Assembly (NCBI RefSeq): GCF_963676685.1
Contig: NC_092347.1
Coordinates: 1,426,001 to 1,490,000, forward strand
Source: Mytilus edulis
Lineage: Eukaryota
DNA: 64,000 nt
Direction of reading: 5' to 3'
The notes below the pieces were generated by a model, which saw only the letters and a program-made list of their open reading frames with translations, was not told the DNA's origin and did not search any database. Shown here piece by piece: positions 11,209 to 24,450 of this stretch; within the stretch, counting starts at the first letter, position 1; every line of letters starts with the position of its first letter. The translations under genes and the position numbers were made by a program.

Positions 11209-13417
11209 TTAATTTCTTTTTATTTAGAATTCGGGTAATTTAACGATATGAATATAATTCCACATCAATTCTAGATTTAGTTATGCATTAGTATCGTGGG
11301 ATTGCAGTGAAAAACTAATGTCTTTAAAATGTTATCGTATTGTACATGTCGTGTATATTACTTTGTGGGAAGAAACATGTCATTTCATCACAAATGATCG
11401 CTTCATTACTACAACTTTTCTTTGAAGATCAATCGGAATCGTGAAAAATACATGTATGCACAAATTTTCAAAATGAAAAGAAATTATTTTTGACGTAACA
11501 GTTGTCGAAATAATGATCCGTAAAATATCTTTGATTTGAATGTATGTACTGACTGAAGTATTAGGACTGTGTTTCTTTATTCTGCCTATTAACTTCTATT
11601 ATTTCTGACAGTTCGGTAGATTTCAGAGATTTATTAATCGAATCTACAGTAGAGAAACATTTTATAAAACGTGCAATCATCTTCTGAACCGATGCGTCAT
11701 GCGATTATCTCTAGATATGTGCTGATGGTAAAGTTCTCTACTGTTATATCAAACCAGTCTGGCATTATAATACTTCATCTCCATGGAAGTTTCTATAAAA
11801 GCCATCTGGAAAGTTATTTTAATGATTATCGTTGTTTAATTCAGTAAACAAGCTCAATAAATGATCTTCCCAATCTCATCGACTTAACTATTACAATGAA
11901 CTGAAAGCCTACTTGGGTGGGTTGTGTGAAACAAAGAAAAAAAGAAACTAACAGTAAAATATTTCTACAACACAAAGAAAAGAAAAGGTGATGCCTTTTC
12001 TTTAACAATACACTTTCGCGCCTATTTCGAAGTATTTCCAGTAACTATATTTGTAAATATTTCCGACTTTGAGAAACACTGTGACCATCATAACAGGTAC
12101 ACTGTATACTTGGCTTGACTGTTCTTCCTTTATTCCTGAGATCCTACCATGTAATTGTAATTGTAATTGGAACTTTAAAACTTTTACTTTTGGTGGAGTT
12201 CTTGTTGCTCAATCTTTGGTTTTCTGTGTAGCCTATTGTATACACTGTTGTTTGTCTATTCGTCTACATTTGCCTTCGGTTGTTTTGCTTTTTTTCCTTG
12301 CCATGACGTTCTTGTAAAGTCCTTGGTTGTATTCTCTATGAAACTATAAACACAAATCATTGTATTTAAGGTACAAAATAAAGAATCTGTTATTATAAAA
12401 CCATGTTTAAACGCTTAGCGTTGTGGGTTGAAAAGAATTTTAAAATTGTTACAGTATCCCTGTGAATGATAACATCGGTTATTTGGTCGTATGTAAGCTG
12501 ATTTTCGACAAAAAGCTATCATGTACAGAGAAGTGGGAGTCATAAAGTTAATATGAAAACTTCAAGAAACGTGAATTAATATCAAACTATAAGTATCCAA
12601 ATGTTTTATTTATGATATATTGGTTTCACGGGTAATTTGTTTTCATACATGTTTAAATGAACATCAATTTGTTTCTTTATCTTTATAATATTCCACCAGA
12701 AACATCGTAAAGTGAAGCGTATAATTATTACACAAATGTATTGCCATTAACATTTTATCTATTAAAATCTGCATAAATTACATATGTAAATTGCATATAG
12801 GTCTTTTGTGAACCATTACTTCTTACAAACTAATTTGCATAAGGACTAAATAGATTAAAGTGCACCGGTGATACCTGAAGACGTTCTAATCCTCTCACCT
12901 GTAAGGATTTAATCTCGAGTATTAAATTTGATCATAAAAGTGTTGAAGAACCCTTTTATCATAAGGACTATATACAGCATGTATGTATAGAGAAACACCT
13001 GGTTAAGTTTCTAACGCTCATGTAGTTTTAAATCCAAAATTCCAAATATTAAACAAAAGTGTAGACCACGGTCAATAGAATATTTTAAAAGATATTTTTT
13101 TCTTTTTTTCATTTTACCAACAACGTCTTTTTTCATATAAACCTATGGCTTCGATTAAATCCATGAAATTATATGAATGTGGTTGTGGTCCGTATTTATC
13201 TGCACTCTATGCAAAATAGTATCTTTCGACTTTGACTTCCAAATTGATACATAAGGAGAACGTATGTGTTCCCCTTTTTCGCTTTTCATTGATGGTTAAC
13301 ATATTCGTTGCGCATAAGCTAAATGCTACAAACATCTGTGGCATCAGTCACCTATTTATCTTGACCTAAAAAATATATATCACACATGTGTTGTTGTTTT
13401 AATGCATTATAGATATG

Positions 13418-13810
13418 TTTTCTATGACCGTAAAAAATATAATGATGTGATGTTGTCGTCGGCGTCGTCGTCGTCCGAAGACACATTTGGTTTCAGAAAA
13501 ATAACAAAGTGAATGGATCTTTATGAAATTTTACAATAAAGTTCGGCACCACAAAGGGAAGGTTGTGATTGATTTTTGGGATTATGGTACCAATAGTTTA
13601 GGAATTTGGGACAAACAAAAGTTAAAAAAAAACATTTTTGTAGTTTCAGGACATTTTTTGTGTGTAAGTGTATGGATCTCTCTCTGTAATGTGTGATTGC
13701 TCCAAACATGCAGGAATTAAGGGGGGGAGGCCAAAACAAGCATTTTTTTTTTGGTTTTCAGACTAGTCTTTCAGAGAATGGATCTCTTTTGAATTGTACT
13801 ACAAGGTGCC
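13418..13810 (+). mobile_element. Helentron-associated element (HINE) fragment
   Basis: T-rich start, then ATGACCG, a (GTC)n microsatellite at ~13455-13475, and core repeats containing ATGGATCT at ~13513, ~13672 and ~13778. Confidence 0.6.
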
Positions 13811-14024
13811 TAGCTGCGGAACCGTAGCTTTCAGGTCCTTGTGTTATCTTTTGACTATTTGCGGACATTGTACTACAAGGTTCCAAGCTGCAGAAACATA
13901 GCTCTTAATATTTATGTCCTTATGTTAATTTATTAACTATATATTTGCGGACCATCGCGGTCCGCAAAAAGTAAAAAAAACGTAGCTCTTAGCGATCCGC
14001 AAATAGTCAAAAAATAACATAAGG
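13793..14024. repeat. Rearranged foldback element (direct duplication plus inverted arms)
   Basis: 13793-13866 is duplicated at 13867-13952. CCTT(G/A)TGTTA..TTTGACTATTTGCGGA is inverted relative to TCCGCAAATAGTCAAAAAATAACATAAGG. Central hairpin TTTGCGGACC-ATCGC-GGTCCGCAAA. Confidence 0.7.
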
Positions 14025-15179
14025 TAGCACTCCACAGTTAGAAAATAAAATTAAGAATGAGCCACAAAATGTTTTATCATATCCTATTCCTGGATTTTTA
14101 ATACATAAACCTAACTGTTTGTGTTGTACATGTGCATATGCTTGTAATCAGTATCTTCCATAGATTTGATTTTCAAAAGTTAAAAGGGTGAAAAATAATT
14201 CCTTTTATGTGTATCCATGGCAACATTCTGCATTTAATTACCATAAAATATTGCAAAAAGGAAACAAACATTACAATACTTGCCGGACCAATGTATGGTA
14301 CGGACATGCAAATACGGACTGTCATACAGAAAACAGCTATATTACATACATTACATAATCTTAATGTTCATATAAACCCAATACGAAGGCTATTTTGATA
14401 CTCAATTGGTTCGTAAGGAGTTGATCACGTAAGAAATATCCTTCCCTACAGACGCCTTTGTATCTATTTTTGTTTATTTGGTTTCATAATACTAGATTTA
14501 ATGAAACCTGTATACGATATTTCTATCAAAACGTCGTTAATAATCTTCTCCAAATAAAACAGATATATGTATCTTGTATCATTGTATGTTACCCATCTAC
14601 AATTGTCAAAGGTAACAGCTTTGAATGTAATTCTATAAAAATTAAGATACTCCGACATCTCGTTTCCTTTTAACAGCATCCTTGTCCCTCTGATGGAGTT
14701 ATTCAGACAAAGTATGTAAATTATTGTTGAAAACTATAATAGACTGGTAGTTAATACAATCTATGCAAATTCATTAACATGGGAAAACAAGGCTATTATT
14801 TTTGAATTATTGATTATGAAACTTGAAATAGATTGTCTATGATTACCTCTATAAGTTGGCATATTTTATCGATATGATTATATATATTGCAGCTGTCTAG
14901 AGAAGATAACAATTCTTATTAAATGTTGATTGTGCACTCACTAGAGATCAGCCAGGTACTTAATACTGGACAATTAGCACGGACAATGGACTGTAAAGGT
15001 CAGCTATGGGTCAGTTAGTGATGACATGTTACTATCAACATCTTTGACGGGTACAAATGTTGGAGTTATTAAGTTTGTTTGATCATACATATTTGTAAGA
15101 GTCAGGTGTGAGGTTAGTGAACAACGACCAAGGTGGGCAATAACTCAATGCAATCTTTTCCATTAGATATAGTACGGCA

Positions 15180-16652
15180 GACAATAACATGACCAAAAGA
15201 CAAAGAAAGAAAGACAGAAACCATACCATGATCATTATACAAGACCAAGAGAGAAAGAAAGTAAGATAACACCATGACCAAGAGACTAAGAAAGACAAAC
15301 AACACCATGACAAATAATAGGTTTTATCGGACCACAGATGAATTATCACGTTGTGATTGGTTAAACGCCGTCACGTGGTGACCCCCTATGAGACCGTATT
15401 GGGTTAGTAAGTTTCATATGGGGTTCATGACGCGTTAATGGCGACGTCATCTATTAATGTTGTTGTGTTTCATTGTTTATTTTTCAACAAAACGCCGCAG
15501 AAAAAGTCCAGCGTCCGATAAATTCGTTATACGGTTAACTACTGACCCCCTATGGATTCATAGAGGGTGAATAAAATTCATAGGGGACTCGGCCTCCGGC
15601 CTCACCCCTATGGATTTTACTAACCCTCTATGGATCCGTATGGGGTCAGTAGCGAACCATATAACTTATAGTATCGTGACTTAGAGATGAATAACAGACG
15701 GCACCATGACAAAATCAAAATATTAAACGTACCATGACCACAAGACAATGAAACACAACACCATGAACAAAAGACTTTGAAAGCAAGACAGCATCATAAG
15801 ACAAAGAAAATAAAACAACACCATGATCATCAGACAAAGAAAGTAGTCAACACCTTTACTATTAGACAAAGAAAGTAAGACAAACACATGATCAAGAAAC
15901 AGAGAAAGTAGGACAAAACCATGACACAAAAGACAAAGAAAGTAGAACAAAACCATGACACAAAAGACAAAGAAGATAGAACAAAACCATGATACAAAAG
16001 ACGAAGAAGATGGGACAAAACCATGAAACAAAAGACAAAGAAGATAGGACAAAACCATGATACAAAAGACAGAGAAGATAGGACAAATATGATACAAAAG
16101 ACGAAGAAGATAGGACAAAACCATGATACAAAAGACGAAGAAGATAGGACAAAACCATGATACAAAAGACAGAGAAGATAGGACAAAACCATGATACAAA
16201 AGACGAAGAAGATAGGACAAAACCATGACACAAAAGACAAAGAAGATAGGACAAAACCATGACACAAAAGACGAAGAAGATAGGAAAAAACCATGATACA
16301 AAAGACAAAGAAGATAGGACAAAACCATGACACAAAAGACAAAGAAGATAGGACAAAACCATGACACAAAAGAAAAAGAAGATAGGACAAAACCATGATA
16401 CAAAAGACGAAGAAGATAGGACAAATCACGACACAAAGACAAAGAAGATAGGATAAAACCATGATACAAAAGGCAAAGAAGATAGGACAAAACCATGACA
16501 CAAAAGACAAAAAAGATAGGACAACACCATGATACAAAAGACAAAGAAGATAGGACAAAACCATGACACAAAAGACAAAGAAGATAGGACAAAACCATGA
16601 TACAAAAGACAAAGAAGATAGGACAAAACCATGATACAAAAGACGAAGAAAG
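15180..16652 (+). repeat. 34-bp satellite (CAAAACCATGATACAAAAGACAAAGAAGATAGGA), homogeneous at 15900-16650 and degenerate to the left
   Basis: Period 34 (e.g. 16113 and 16147). Explains the Phe/Leu/Cys-rich minus-strand ORFs. Confidence 0.95.
15317..15669. mobile_element. Non-autonomous DNA element with short imperfect TIRs (possibly Crypton-like), inserted in the 34-bp satellite
   Basis: ATAGGTTTTATCGG versus the reverse complement ATAAGTTATATGGT of the right end. Internal repeated TGACCCC(C)TATG / CATA(G)GGGG motifs. Satellite units lie on both sides. Superfamily is a guess. Confidence 0.55.
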
Positions 16653-19600
16653 ACTGTTTTTAAACAGTTCACAAAACACTACACAGATAAACTATTGATT
16701 AAACAACACGAGCCCCATCACAGACCTGGGGTGACTACACGATGTTTCGAGAAAACAGCAGTTAAGGAAAACTATTGGCTTCAATTGACAACCAAAAGTA
16801 TGGCTATAAATCATATAAAATTGATCATCAATAATTGACATACAAACCTGTCCGTCTTTTTGTGGTAATTTTAAATTTAAAAAGTGAAATTTCATACAAA
16901 TCGAAGTTAAATAAAACCTATCTCAGACAGATGTTAAAAACCATATAGTCCAATAAAATATACTCTATAATCAATTGAAGAGTCACTGTCATCTCTTTGA
17001 GGTTTTATGCGCGGGAATAAAAGGCAATTGTTAAAATCAATTTATCCACGTAATATTTCTTTTGACACGGAAATATAAATCAGAGTTTTACCATTGACAC
17101 ACTGATGTTTTTATTCTTGTCTTTGTAACGATCTTTGAAGCGTTAACTTTAAAAGTGATGGAATTGATTTTTGTTTCCTATGTTTAATTAGTTGTAATAC
17201 AGACCGTTACCACCCACATTAAACAAATTTACGTATTCTATAACACATCGTAACTATTTTTCTAACTTTACAGGAATAAAGTGTATAATTATACCATGTT
17301 TTATTGTTCGTAATCTAATTCTTACATACAATTAATTAACAGAGCGTTTTACAACATATACAAGTTCTTTGTTCGGTTGATCTCAAACACAATGAAATAA
17401 TATTAATGCTGCTTCCCTTGATGAACTTTCACAGACTCCGATTTAAATAATAACGACTATTGCAATCACAAAAATATAATTAAGCTATATAGAAGTAAAC
17501 TTTAGCATTTGTGAAGCACATTACTATAATTACATATATGTACGTGGAGATCGATGTTATCAGCTAAAGAGAAATGACTGTAATTAGTCTATATCGTATA
17601 TCCTGTCGCCTTTGATGTTGTAATAGGGTCATGACACCAATGGTATAACCTACAGAATAATTACAGTTTTTCTTTAAGATGTATTTCCTTATTGATGTGA
17701 TTTTAAAGTAACCGACTCTTGCAGTTGTAGTATCCGCTTCGTACCGTACCAGTACAGCCAACACCACACCATACATACACCATAGATACATGTATATTAC
17801 ATCTATATATTATGGTACGTCCTTTACTTTGTTTGATACAAATAAAGATTAAGTAATCTCCAAACGCTAAAGATGTGTAATATATATTTTTTTTTCAATT
17901 AACTTAGTATTCTTTTGCATTCAGAACAAATTTGAAATCTAAATTCATTTGGATTGTCCATTGCTATTTAACTAATTCAACAATCTACAATATATTTAAA
18001 ACAGTAAACACTCTAACCAAACAACGGTGTATTTTCAGCACAAGAGTCTTAGCTTTATTGATAGTGATAGTGGTCAGTTTGTAATGTTTGATTGTCCAGC
18101 CCTTCACTGTTGAGAATATTTTTGACAGGTCTTATCCAAGACATACTATGAAAACATTTTCGTAACATGAAAGCCGCTTACAAAAGGAAATTATAATTAA
18201 ATATTGACCATTAGACATTTTAAAAGGGTTTAATATTTGTACATCTTAACAAGATGGTCTAACTACTAAGCACTTGACACAAGTATTTGACTAATAAAAC
18301 CATATCACTGCTGACATTTAACGACGTACAAATAATCCCTCAATAAATCTCTCTATACATCTCTATAGAGAACTGTTCATCCTGTATCTATCCTACCACG
18401 AATTATAATAGGCTGAAATACAACACAAAAATGTCGTTTAAAGATCATTTATTTATCACATAGCTCGTTTTATGCTGAATGGTGAAATAAATAGAATAAC
18501 TTTGTATATAAATTCTTTTCAGCATAAAACTAAATACGTGTATAGAATATGAAGTATCATTTGACAATATAAAATAATCATCTACCAACACGTGGGAATA
18601 TGTCCTCAGTCACACACACTATCTAAGCCTTTCAAACTAACAATATAATAATCAACTCTCTCCATGTGCATTCACCCTTCCTAAACCTTTCATTCTATCA
18701 CGAACTCTCTTTTTATCTTACATGCAGCCCTATCATGTGTGAAACGTATACATTTCTCAACAGACAAATACCAAACAATTTGATGGATATTTTACAAGAA
18801 ATGTTGCTTCAAATAACATCTTTTTATACACATTCTGATTTATAAGTGTAGCACTTTCATGTGTAACTTAGTCTCAAACAAATAAAACAATTAAAATTTA
18901 CATTAAGATTATTCTCACTTGTAAAACAATATCTAATCATATTCTAAAATTTGAGGACCACATTGTATACAATAGCTAAACACATTAAACTATTATATTA
19001 CAAAAATACTGTAAATTACACTTTAATTAAAATGATGTAAAGATACATATGAATTAACTATAGACTGATTCTTTCTGACAGTTTAAACGAATATAGTATT
19101 GGCCCACCTTTTTAAAATGTATGGTCCATCAGATATAACAAGGCCCAACATATCTCTATGTCATATAACATTTAAATATGTGGAAATTAAACTCTCTTAA
19201 TAAAAACGTTTATGTTAAAAGTAAAAATTTATGATTATTTTCATTCTCTGTTAAAAATAAAATATTGTCACTTCTTGAGTTTTAAACAATTAAGATCTAC
19301 CCTGGAGAAAAAAATCTTGATTTAAACTTATTTGACCCGACTGAATGGACATGTACAATGTGAAAAGTGAAATATAAATACCGTTTTAAACAAGTGAGAA
19401 AAACAATATTAGCCTTCAGATTGACCTTTTATTACCAGATATTTATCTCAATAACTTGTTTTGTGTTGATAAACTTGTTTCCCCTCAATGTCAACATTTG
19501 TTTAGCAGACTTGTAGTCGGCTTTAGTATAATAAGACCAGGAATGATTTCAATCAAGGCTACAAGATGGTAAAAGAAAATATTCTGTCATAAAGATATGT

Positions 19601-20667
19601 CTTAATCGATAACATTTTTTTGTATATGCAGTGAAGAAAAAAGAGAATATTCCCTCAGGGTAAAATGTTAAAGCGGAGAAAAGCAATTTACGAATACGTT
19701 GGAGCATTTGATATAGTTATAAGGCTATGGAAGTGATTGGCCACAGTTTTAATTTTACGTCTTTTACAATTATCTAAAGAGTGGAAATCGATGAAGTGAT
19801 TTTCTTTAAGAACAATACCATTCTGTTCTGTTTTTGACACTTTACACCAAATAGTGTTTCGACAGATGCATTTAAATCAAAATAATGTACTCCGCGTGTT
19901 TACAGAGCATTAGAGTAGAACTGTACGATTAGCCTGTAACAAATGAGCAGACTTAGCGGGATGTGGAGATTCTCTTGACGATAAAACTATTAACTTCGCA
20001 TAAATCCACGGAAAAACAATCAAATAAGCCGCCATTAACATATTAGGCTATTGATTTTTTAGGAAAACTTATTTAGGAGACCATAAATAAAATGGAGAAA
20101 AAGGTTACAGCAGTTAACTGAAAATAGCCATTAAATATTTCCGTCCACTTATCATCATTTAGTTAAATGTAACGTGAGAAAATTTGTTACGTTAATTATG
20201 AGAATATATTTATAGGTCTCCCAAACTCGAAATAATTCACATTAAATTTACAATGTACACACAATTATTCTGTATAAACAATGGTAACCAGATGACTAGA
20301 GTAATAGTTCCATAGTGCACATACTTCATTGACTAAATAAATACACAGTTATATATACATGTACGTTTAAGAATCATGTAAGTATGTTAGGACACGTACC
20401 GGTCATCAATCAATGTTTATGGCCAGTAAGACTGACATTCATTTACCCTTATAGCCGGTTGTTAAACTTAAGATATGACAGTATGAGTGCCGTAAATTAA
20501 TAATCCTCCACAATAAATTAATTTCTTTGATAAATGATCGGCCATCTATTTGTATATATGTGCTTTATCCTGACTAGAATTTTGCACCTCATATATTACT
20601 CCGACAAAGCACCTTTCAACAGAAACACATTTCCCTGAGCATTTAGTACCGAATTTCTCATTCTTGT

Positions 20668-22266
20668 TCAGATATTATTTTGTAACATTTTCATATGCTC
20701 TGTTCGTGCGTCAACAATTATATGATTGTTTGTCTGTTTTTCCTGTAATCCATTTTGAGATTTGTACATAAGATTATGATTATATCGCCGATTAACGATG
20801 TGGAATATGGCGATACATGCCAGTAAGGTCAATAAGAATGTTCCGACTACGGCACCAATGATGTCGGTTAAAGAAAATCCTCCTTCAATAGTCGTTTCTC
20901 TTTTCATGCTCATTCCAGATTTACTCGCGTTTATAACAAATGTATCATCTTTTGAATTTTCCGTTTTCTTTGGCGTTTCAGTTCCAAGGAGGATCGGCTT
21001 TTCTGATTTTTCCAGAATGTCTGATTTTTCATTGTTGTTTGATTTTGAAATTTTGTCTAATTTTTCCTTTTCTTTTGATTTGTCCTTTTCCAGCGTTTCA
21101 GGATCAGGGATTAGAATTACTTTTGTCGGTGGTAAAGTCGGTGGGGGTGTAGGCTTTGGTGTATTTATTATAAACTGATCTCTGGAATATTTCGGCGGCC
21201 ATACAACATTTAGAGAGAAAGTTACATTCCCCGCCGGGTTGCTAGCAACACATTTGTACACCAAATCCTCGGTTGCTTGTGGATCGGATAAGTACAGAAT
21301 TCCGTAATTGTCATTAGAATCTGACTTAGCTTTTGGTTTGAACGTTTCTATTTCGTTTCCAGGTTTTAGCCACTGAATTGTTGGAACTGGATCTCCGGTA
21401 GCTACACAATTTAGTTTCCCTACCTGCTCCTCAAATATGGCATCTACTTTTTTGAAAACTGGTAATTGACAACGGAAATCCTCAGCGGATAACTCATTAA
21501 AATTTTTGGCTCTTAGTCTTGATGGCGTGCGACAGGATGGAGGATCTACTCCAGTAAACATTTTCAAATTGTTTTTGTAAAATTCAAATAACCAACCTAC
21601 CTCACAATTACAATGAAGTGGATTCCCAGCAAGTCTTGTATGGCTCAATGTTCTAAACACATACAGCCAATCTATTTGGAAACTCTCAAACTTATTTCCA
21701 TCCAACCACAAGTATTTTAATGTCCTGTTCATTGGTCTTATAACTTCCAGTGATAGTTGAGATATAGCACAGTTGTGGAGATATAATCCCATTGTTCGTA
21801 ATCCAACAAAGGCGTTTTTCGATATTCGCATTCCTGGATTATCATTGAGAAATAAATGTTCCAGCGTCAGACCACGGAACGAGTAATCTTCAATGACTTT
21901 AAGACGATTTTTACTTAAGTCCAACCATTGTAGCTTGGTCAAGTCAGCGAACGTATCCACTTCTATTCTCTCTATTCCACAACTACTGATGTAAAGATGC
22001 TCTAATTTTGTATATGAAGAAAAGTTACTCCTGAACAAGCTTGGCGTAAGGAAATTGTTTTCATTCATATTAAGTTGCACAGTATCCGGGGACACTCCGC
22101 TTGGAATAAACGGCAGATTTTTTCTCGAACAAAAAACATTGTCACTCAACGGTGGACAAAAACAAATCCCCGGACAAGCCGAGGAAACTAATCTGCTACA
22201 TCCCAAGAATATTAAAACAAGTTCTAAAATTGTTTCATAAACTTTCACATTAATGTTATGAAACAT
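20668..22266 (-). CDS. LRR- and Ig-domain single-pass membrane protein (LIG family; Kekkon/LRRC24/LINGO-like architecture), single coding exon
   Basis: 532 aa. Signal peptide, LRRNT (CPGICFC), about 6-7 LRRs (LEHLYISSC, LQWLDLSKNRL, LKYLWLDGNKF), LRRCT (NPLHCNC...C.TPSRLR...FRC), Ig (LNCVATGDPVPTIQW...YKCVASNPAG), Pro/Lys-rich stalk, TM (IIGAVVGTFLLTLLACIAIFHIV), short tail. Confidence 0.95.
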   Translation of the reverse strand: MFHNINVKVYETILELVLIFLGCSRLVSSACPGICFCPPLSDNVFCSRKNLPFIPSGVSPDTVQLNMNENNFLTPSLFRSNFSSYTKLEHLYISSCGIERIEVDTFADLTKLQWLDLSKNRLKVIEDYSFRGLTLEHLFLNDNPGMRISKNAFVGLRTMGLYLHNCAISQLSLEVIRPMNRTLKYLWLDGNKFESFQIDWLYVFRTLSHTRLAGNPLHCNCEVGWLFEFYKNNLKMFTGVDPPSCRTPSRLRAKNFNELSAEDFRCQLPVFKKVDAIFEEQVGKLNCVATGDPVPTIQWLKPGNEIETFKPKAKSDSNDNYGILYLSDPQATEDLVYKCVASNPAGNVTFSLNVVWPPKYSRDQFIINTPKPTPPPTLPPTKVILIPDPETLEKDKSKEKEKLDKISKSNNNEKSDILEKSEKPILLGTETPKKTENSKDDTFVINASKSGMSMKRETTIEGGFSLTDIIGAVVGTFLLTLLACIAIFHIVNRRYNHNLMYKSQNGLQEKQTNNHIIVDARTEHMKMLQNNI

Positions 22267-22400
22267 TGTTGACCCAAATTGTGGTTGATTTCATTTCTAT
22301 TTAATAATATACCAAGTAAATCTCCAACGAGAGCGTGCATCCTTCATCGTTAACGTTTCTCTGTGTTATGTATAGATTAAAACAGCGACCTCTGTCGGGT

Positions 22401-22408
22401 TATTTATA
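22401..22408 (-). promoter_or_regulatory. Candidate TATA box of the LRR-Ig gene
   Basis: Minus-strand TATAAATA ~135 nt upstream of the ATG, with CCAAT at 22538-22542. Motif evidence only. Confidence 0.35.
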
Positions 22409-22667
22409 ACTGCACAGTCGAATGCTCTTGGATAACGTTATTTCAATCAGATACTACTTTCCCTTGAATTTTTTATCAGGATTATCAGACTTGCTATAAT
22501 TATATAAGATATGAACATTTGTAAACAATTGCTGCGTCCAATCGTCTGCTGGTTTGTAAATATTTTCGTTAGAAACAATGGAAGTCATTCTATTGATTTC
22601 CCTGTCAACATACCAGGGTTATTTGAGGATAACATTTTATTCGTTTTACAGTATAGAATTTAAAGTA

Positions 22668-22932
22668 AGAAACAATATTAGACGTGTTAATGATAGAAAC
22701 ATTTCATGTTAAATAACTCAAAACAGAAAAATGCCATACAAAATATCGTAAATTTTTGCTTGAATTAAACTAGTTTCAAACAACGAATGAATTTAAAATA
22801 AGAAACAACATTTGACGGGTTTAGATATAAACATGTCATGTTGGAAAATTTCAGATTAAAAATTGCCATTCAAAACTTCTCGAATTTCTGCTTGAATTAA
22901 ACAAATCACGGTTTTTAAGGCGAATGAATTTT
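22668..22932 (+). repeat. Diverged ~132-bp tandem duplication upstream of the LRR-Ig gene
   Basis: AAGAAACAA...CATGTT...TGCCAT.CAAAA...TGCTTGAATTAAAC...CGAATGAATTT occurs twice. Confidence 0.8.
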
Positions 22933-24346
22933 TATTTGATTTCACACTCGTATTACAAATAATCAAATGATAGCTGAGATTCCCTTATTTCGCCCATAAC
23001 TTTGCACTGCAATCTGCTTTTAATTGGATGTTTATATTAGATTCAGTAACATATTTGTGATCAGCTGACAGCTGTGACTGTCATTACGAGATCTGATTCA
23101 GTATATATATAAAGAATTAAAAGATGGTATCCTGTACCCTCAAGTAACATGTATTGACTTATAGATTTAAAATCATATGTAAATATTTATATGGATGACA
23201 GGAGCTAATATTGGTTTAAATATTAAAACTTCCAGATTAATCATATCAGTATGTTTAAATGATCTATATTAAAGGCGGTTTAATAGTTTTGATATTTATC
23301 AAATAATTTTCAATATTTTGATTAGAATTAATGAATTTAATTAATCAATGTAATGATAACGAAATTAAATGCATCATAGATAATTTTTCAGATACGTTTG
23401 CTGAAGTGCTAAGTACTAGCATATTTTGAAGTTTTGAAGTTATTTTTCTTCAAAAACAATTCTGTCAAATTTTTAAAAAGCTTCTATTGAATTGTCAAAA
23501 TGTATATTTAAGTACACTTTAACATTTATATTAAAAGTCTGTTATAGTTATTTGATTTTGAAATCTCCGCAGATAAAGTCTTTAGTTAAAGTATAAGACA
23601 TTGGTGTGATTATATACATGCACCGAAGATAAAAATCTGTGACAGAAATTGAATATCTAAAACAGTATGTAGAGATCCACACGCTTTTAATAACTGTCAA
23701 AACCGATGTGTAAAAATAACATAAAATGACGGAATAACTAGGATATGCGATTAGTACAACAAGATCATCAAGTTTTTTAAGTATACGGAACTAAATTTTC
23801 TCATCAGATAGTTTCAAATATGTTTTCCCAACCTTTGGCAGCGGTTCAGCGCATAAATCTGGGAAATAATTGGGAATTGTGATGAACTGATTTTTATAAA
23901 AAAAAATCTCTTTTAAATTCCAATACTGTTTTGATCCTACAAACTAACTAAGAACAATATTAACCTGATCCAAATTTTCATTCTCTTAACGTGAAATTTC
24001 AAAATTCAGCCACATACCAGTATAGCGCTTGCGTATGATGAATTTAACTCTAAATTGATATAATTTTAGAGCCTGTGTTAATTTCTTGTCACAATTAATA
24101 TTTGCCTTGAAAGATGTTCGATGAAAACAAGACACATGGTTGGGTCCAATGGTCCAGATGTCGTTTAAGTCGTCATCGGTACTTCATTTCTAACAGTCCT
24201 TTGTCTTAGATCGTTATCTGAATACAAAAAAAAAACACTAGAAAGAACACAACGGACACCATAAGTGGGACAAGAACGGCTGGCCAATCCACAAGAGCAA
24301 CTTAGTTCATCTCTTTAATGCTTAAACTTTAAAGTTTTCTGTCTAC

Positions 24347-24450
24347 TGATTGATTGATTGATTGATTGATTTGTGTTTAACGCCACTTTCGGCACTATTA
24401 CGCTATTCCGTGGATGTCAGCTTTTATTGGTGGAGAAATCTGAGGAGAAC
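24347..24450 (-). mobile_element. SINE-like fragment with (AATC)n tail
   Basis: (TGAT)6 followed by GTGTTTAACGCCACTTTC...TTTTATTGGTGGAG. Confidence 0.5.

Noticed and set aside
14021-14100. TAAGGTAGC Kolobok-like left end (also at ~47137)
   Set aside because: No matching right TIR found nearby.
15723-16679. 318/280/156-aa hydrophobic ORFs
   Set aside because: They are translations of the 34-bp satellite, open in all three frames.
20798-21178. Plus-strand ORFs antisense to the LRR-Ig gene, and similar ORFs antisense to the LINE ORFs
   Set aside because: They are shadow frames of real coding sequence with no recognisable domains.
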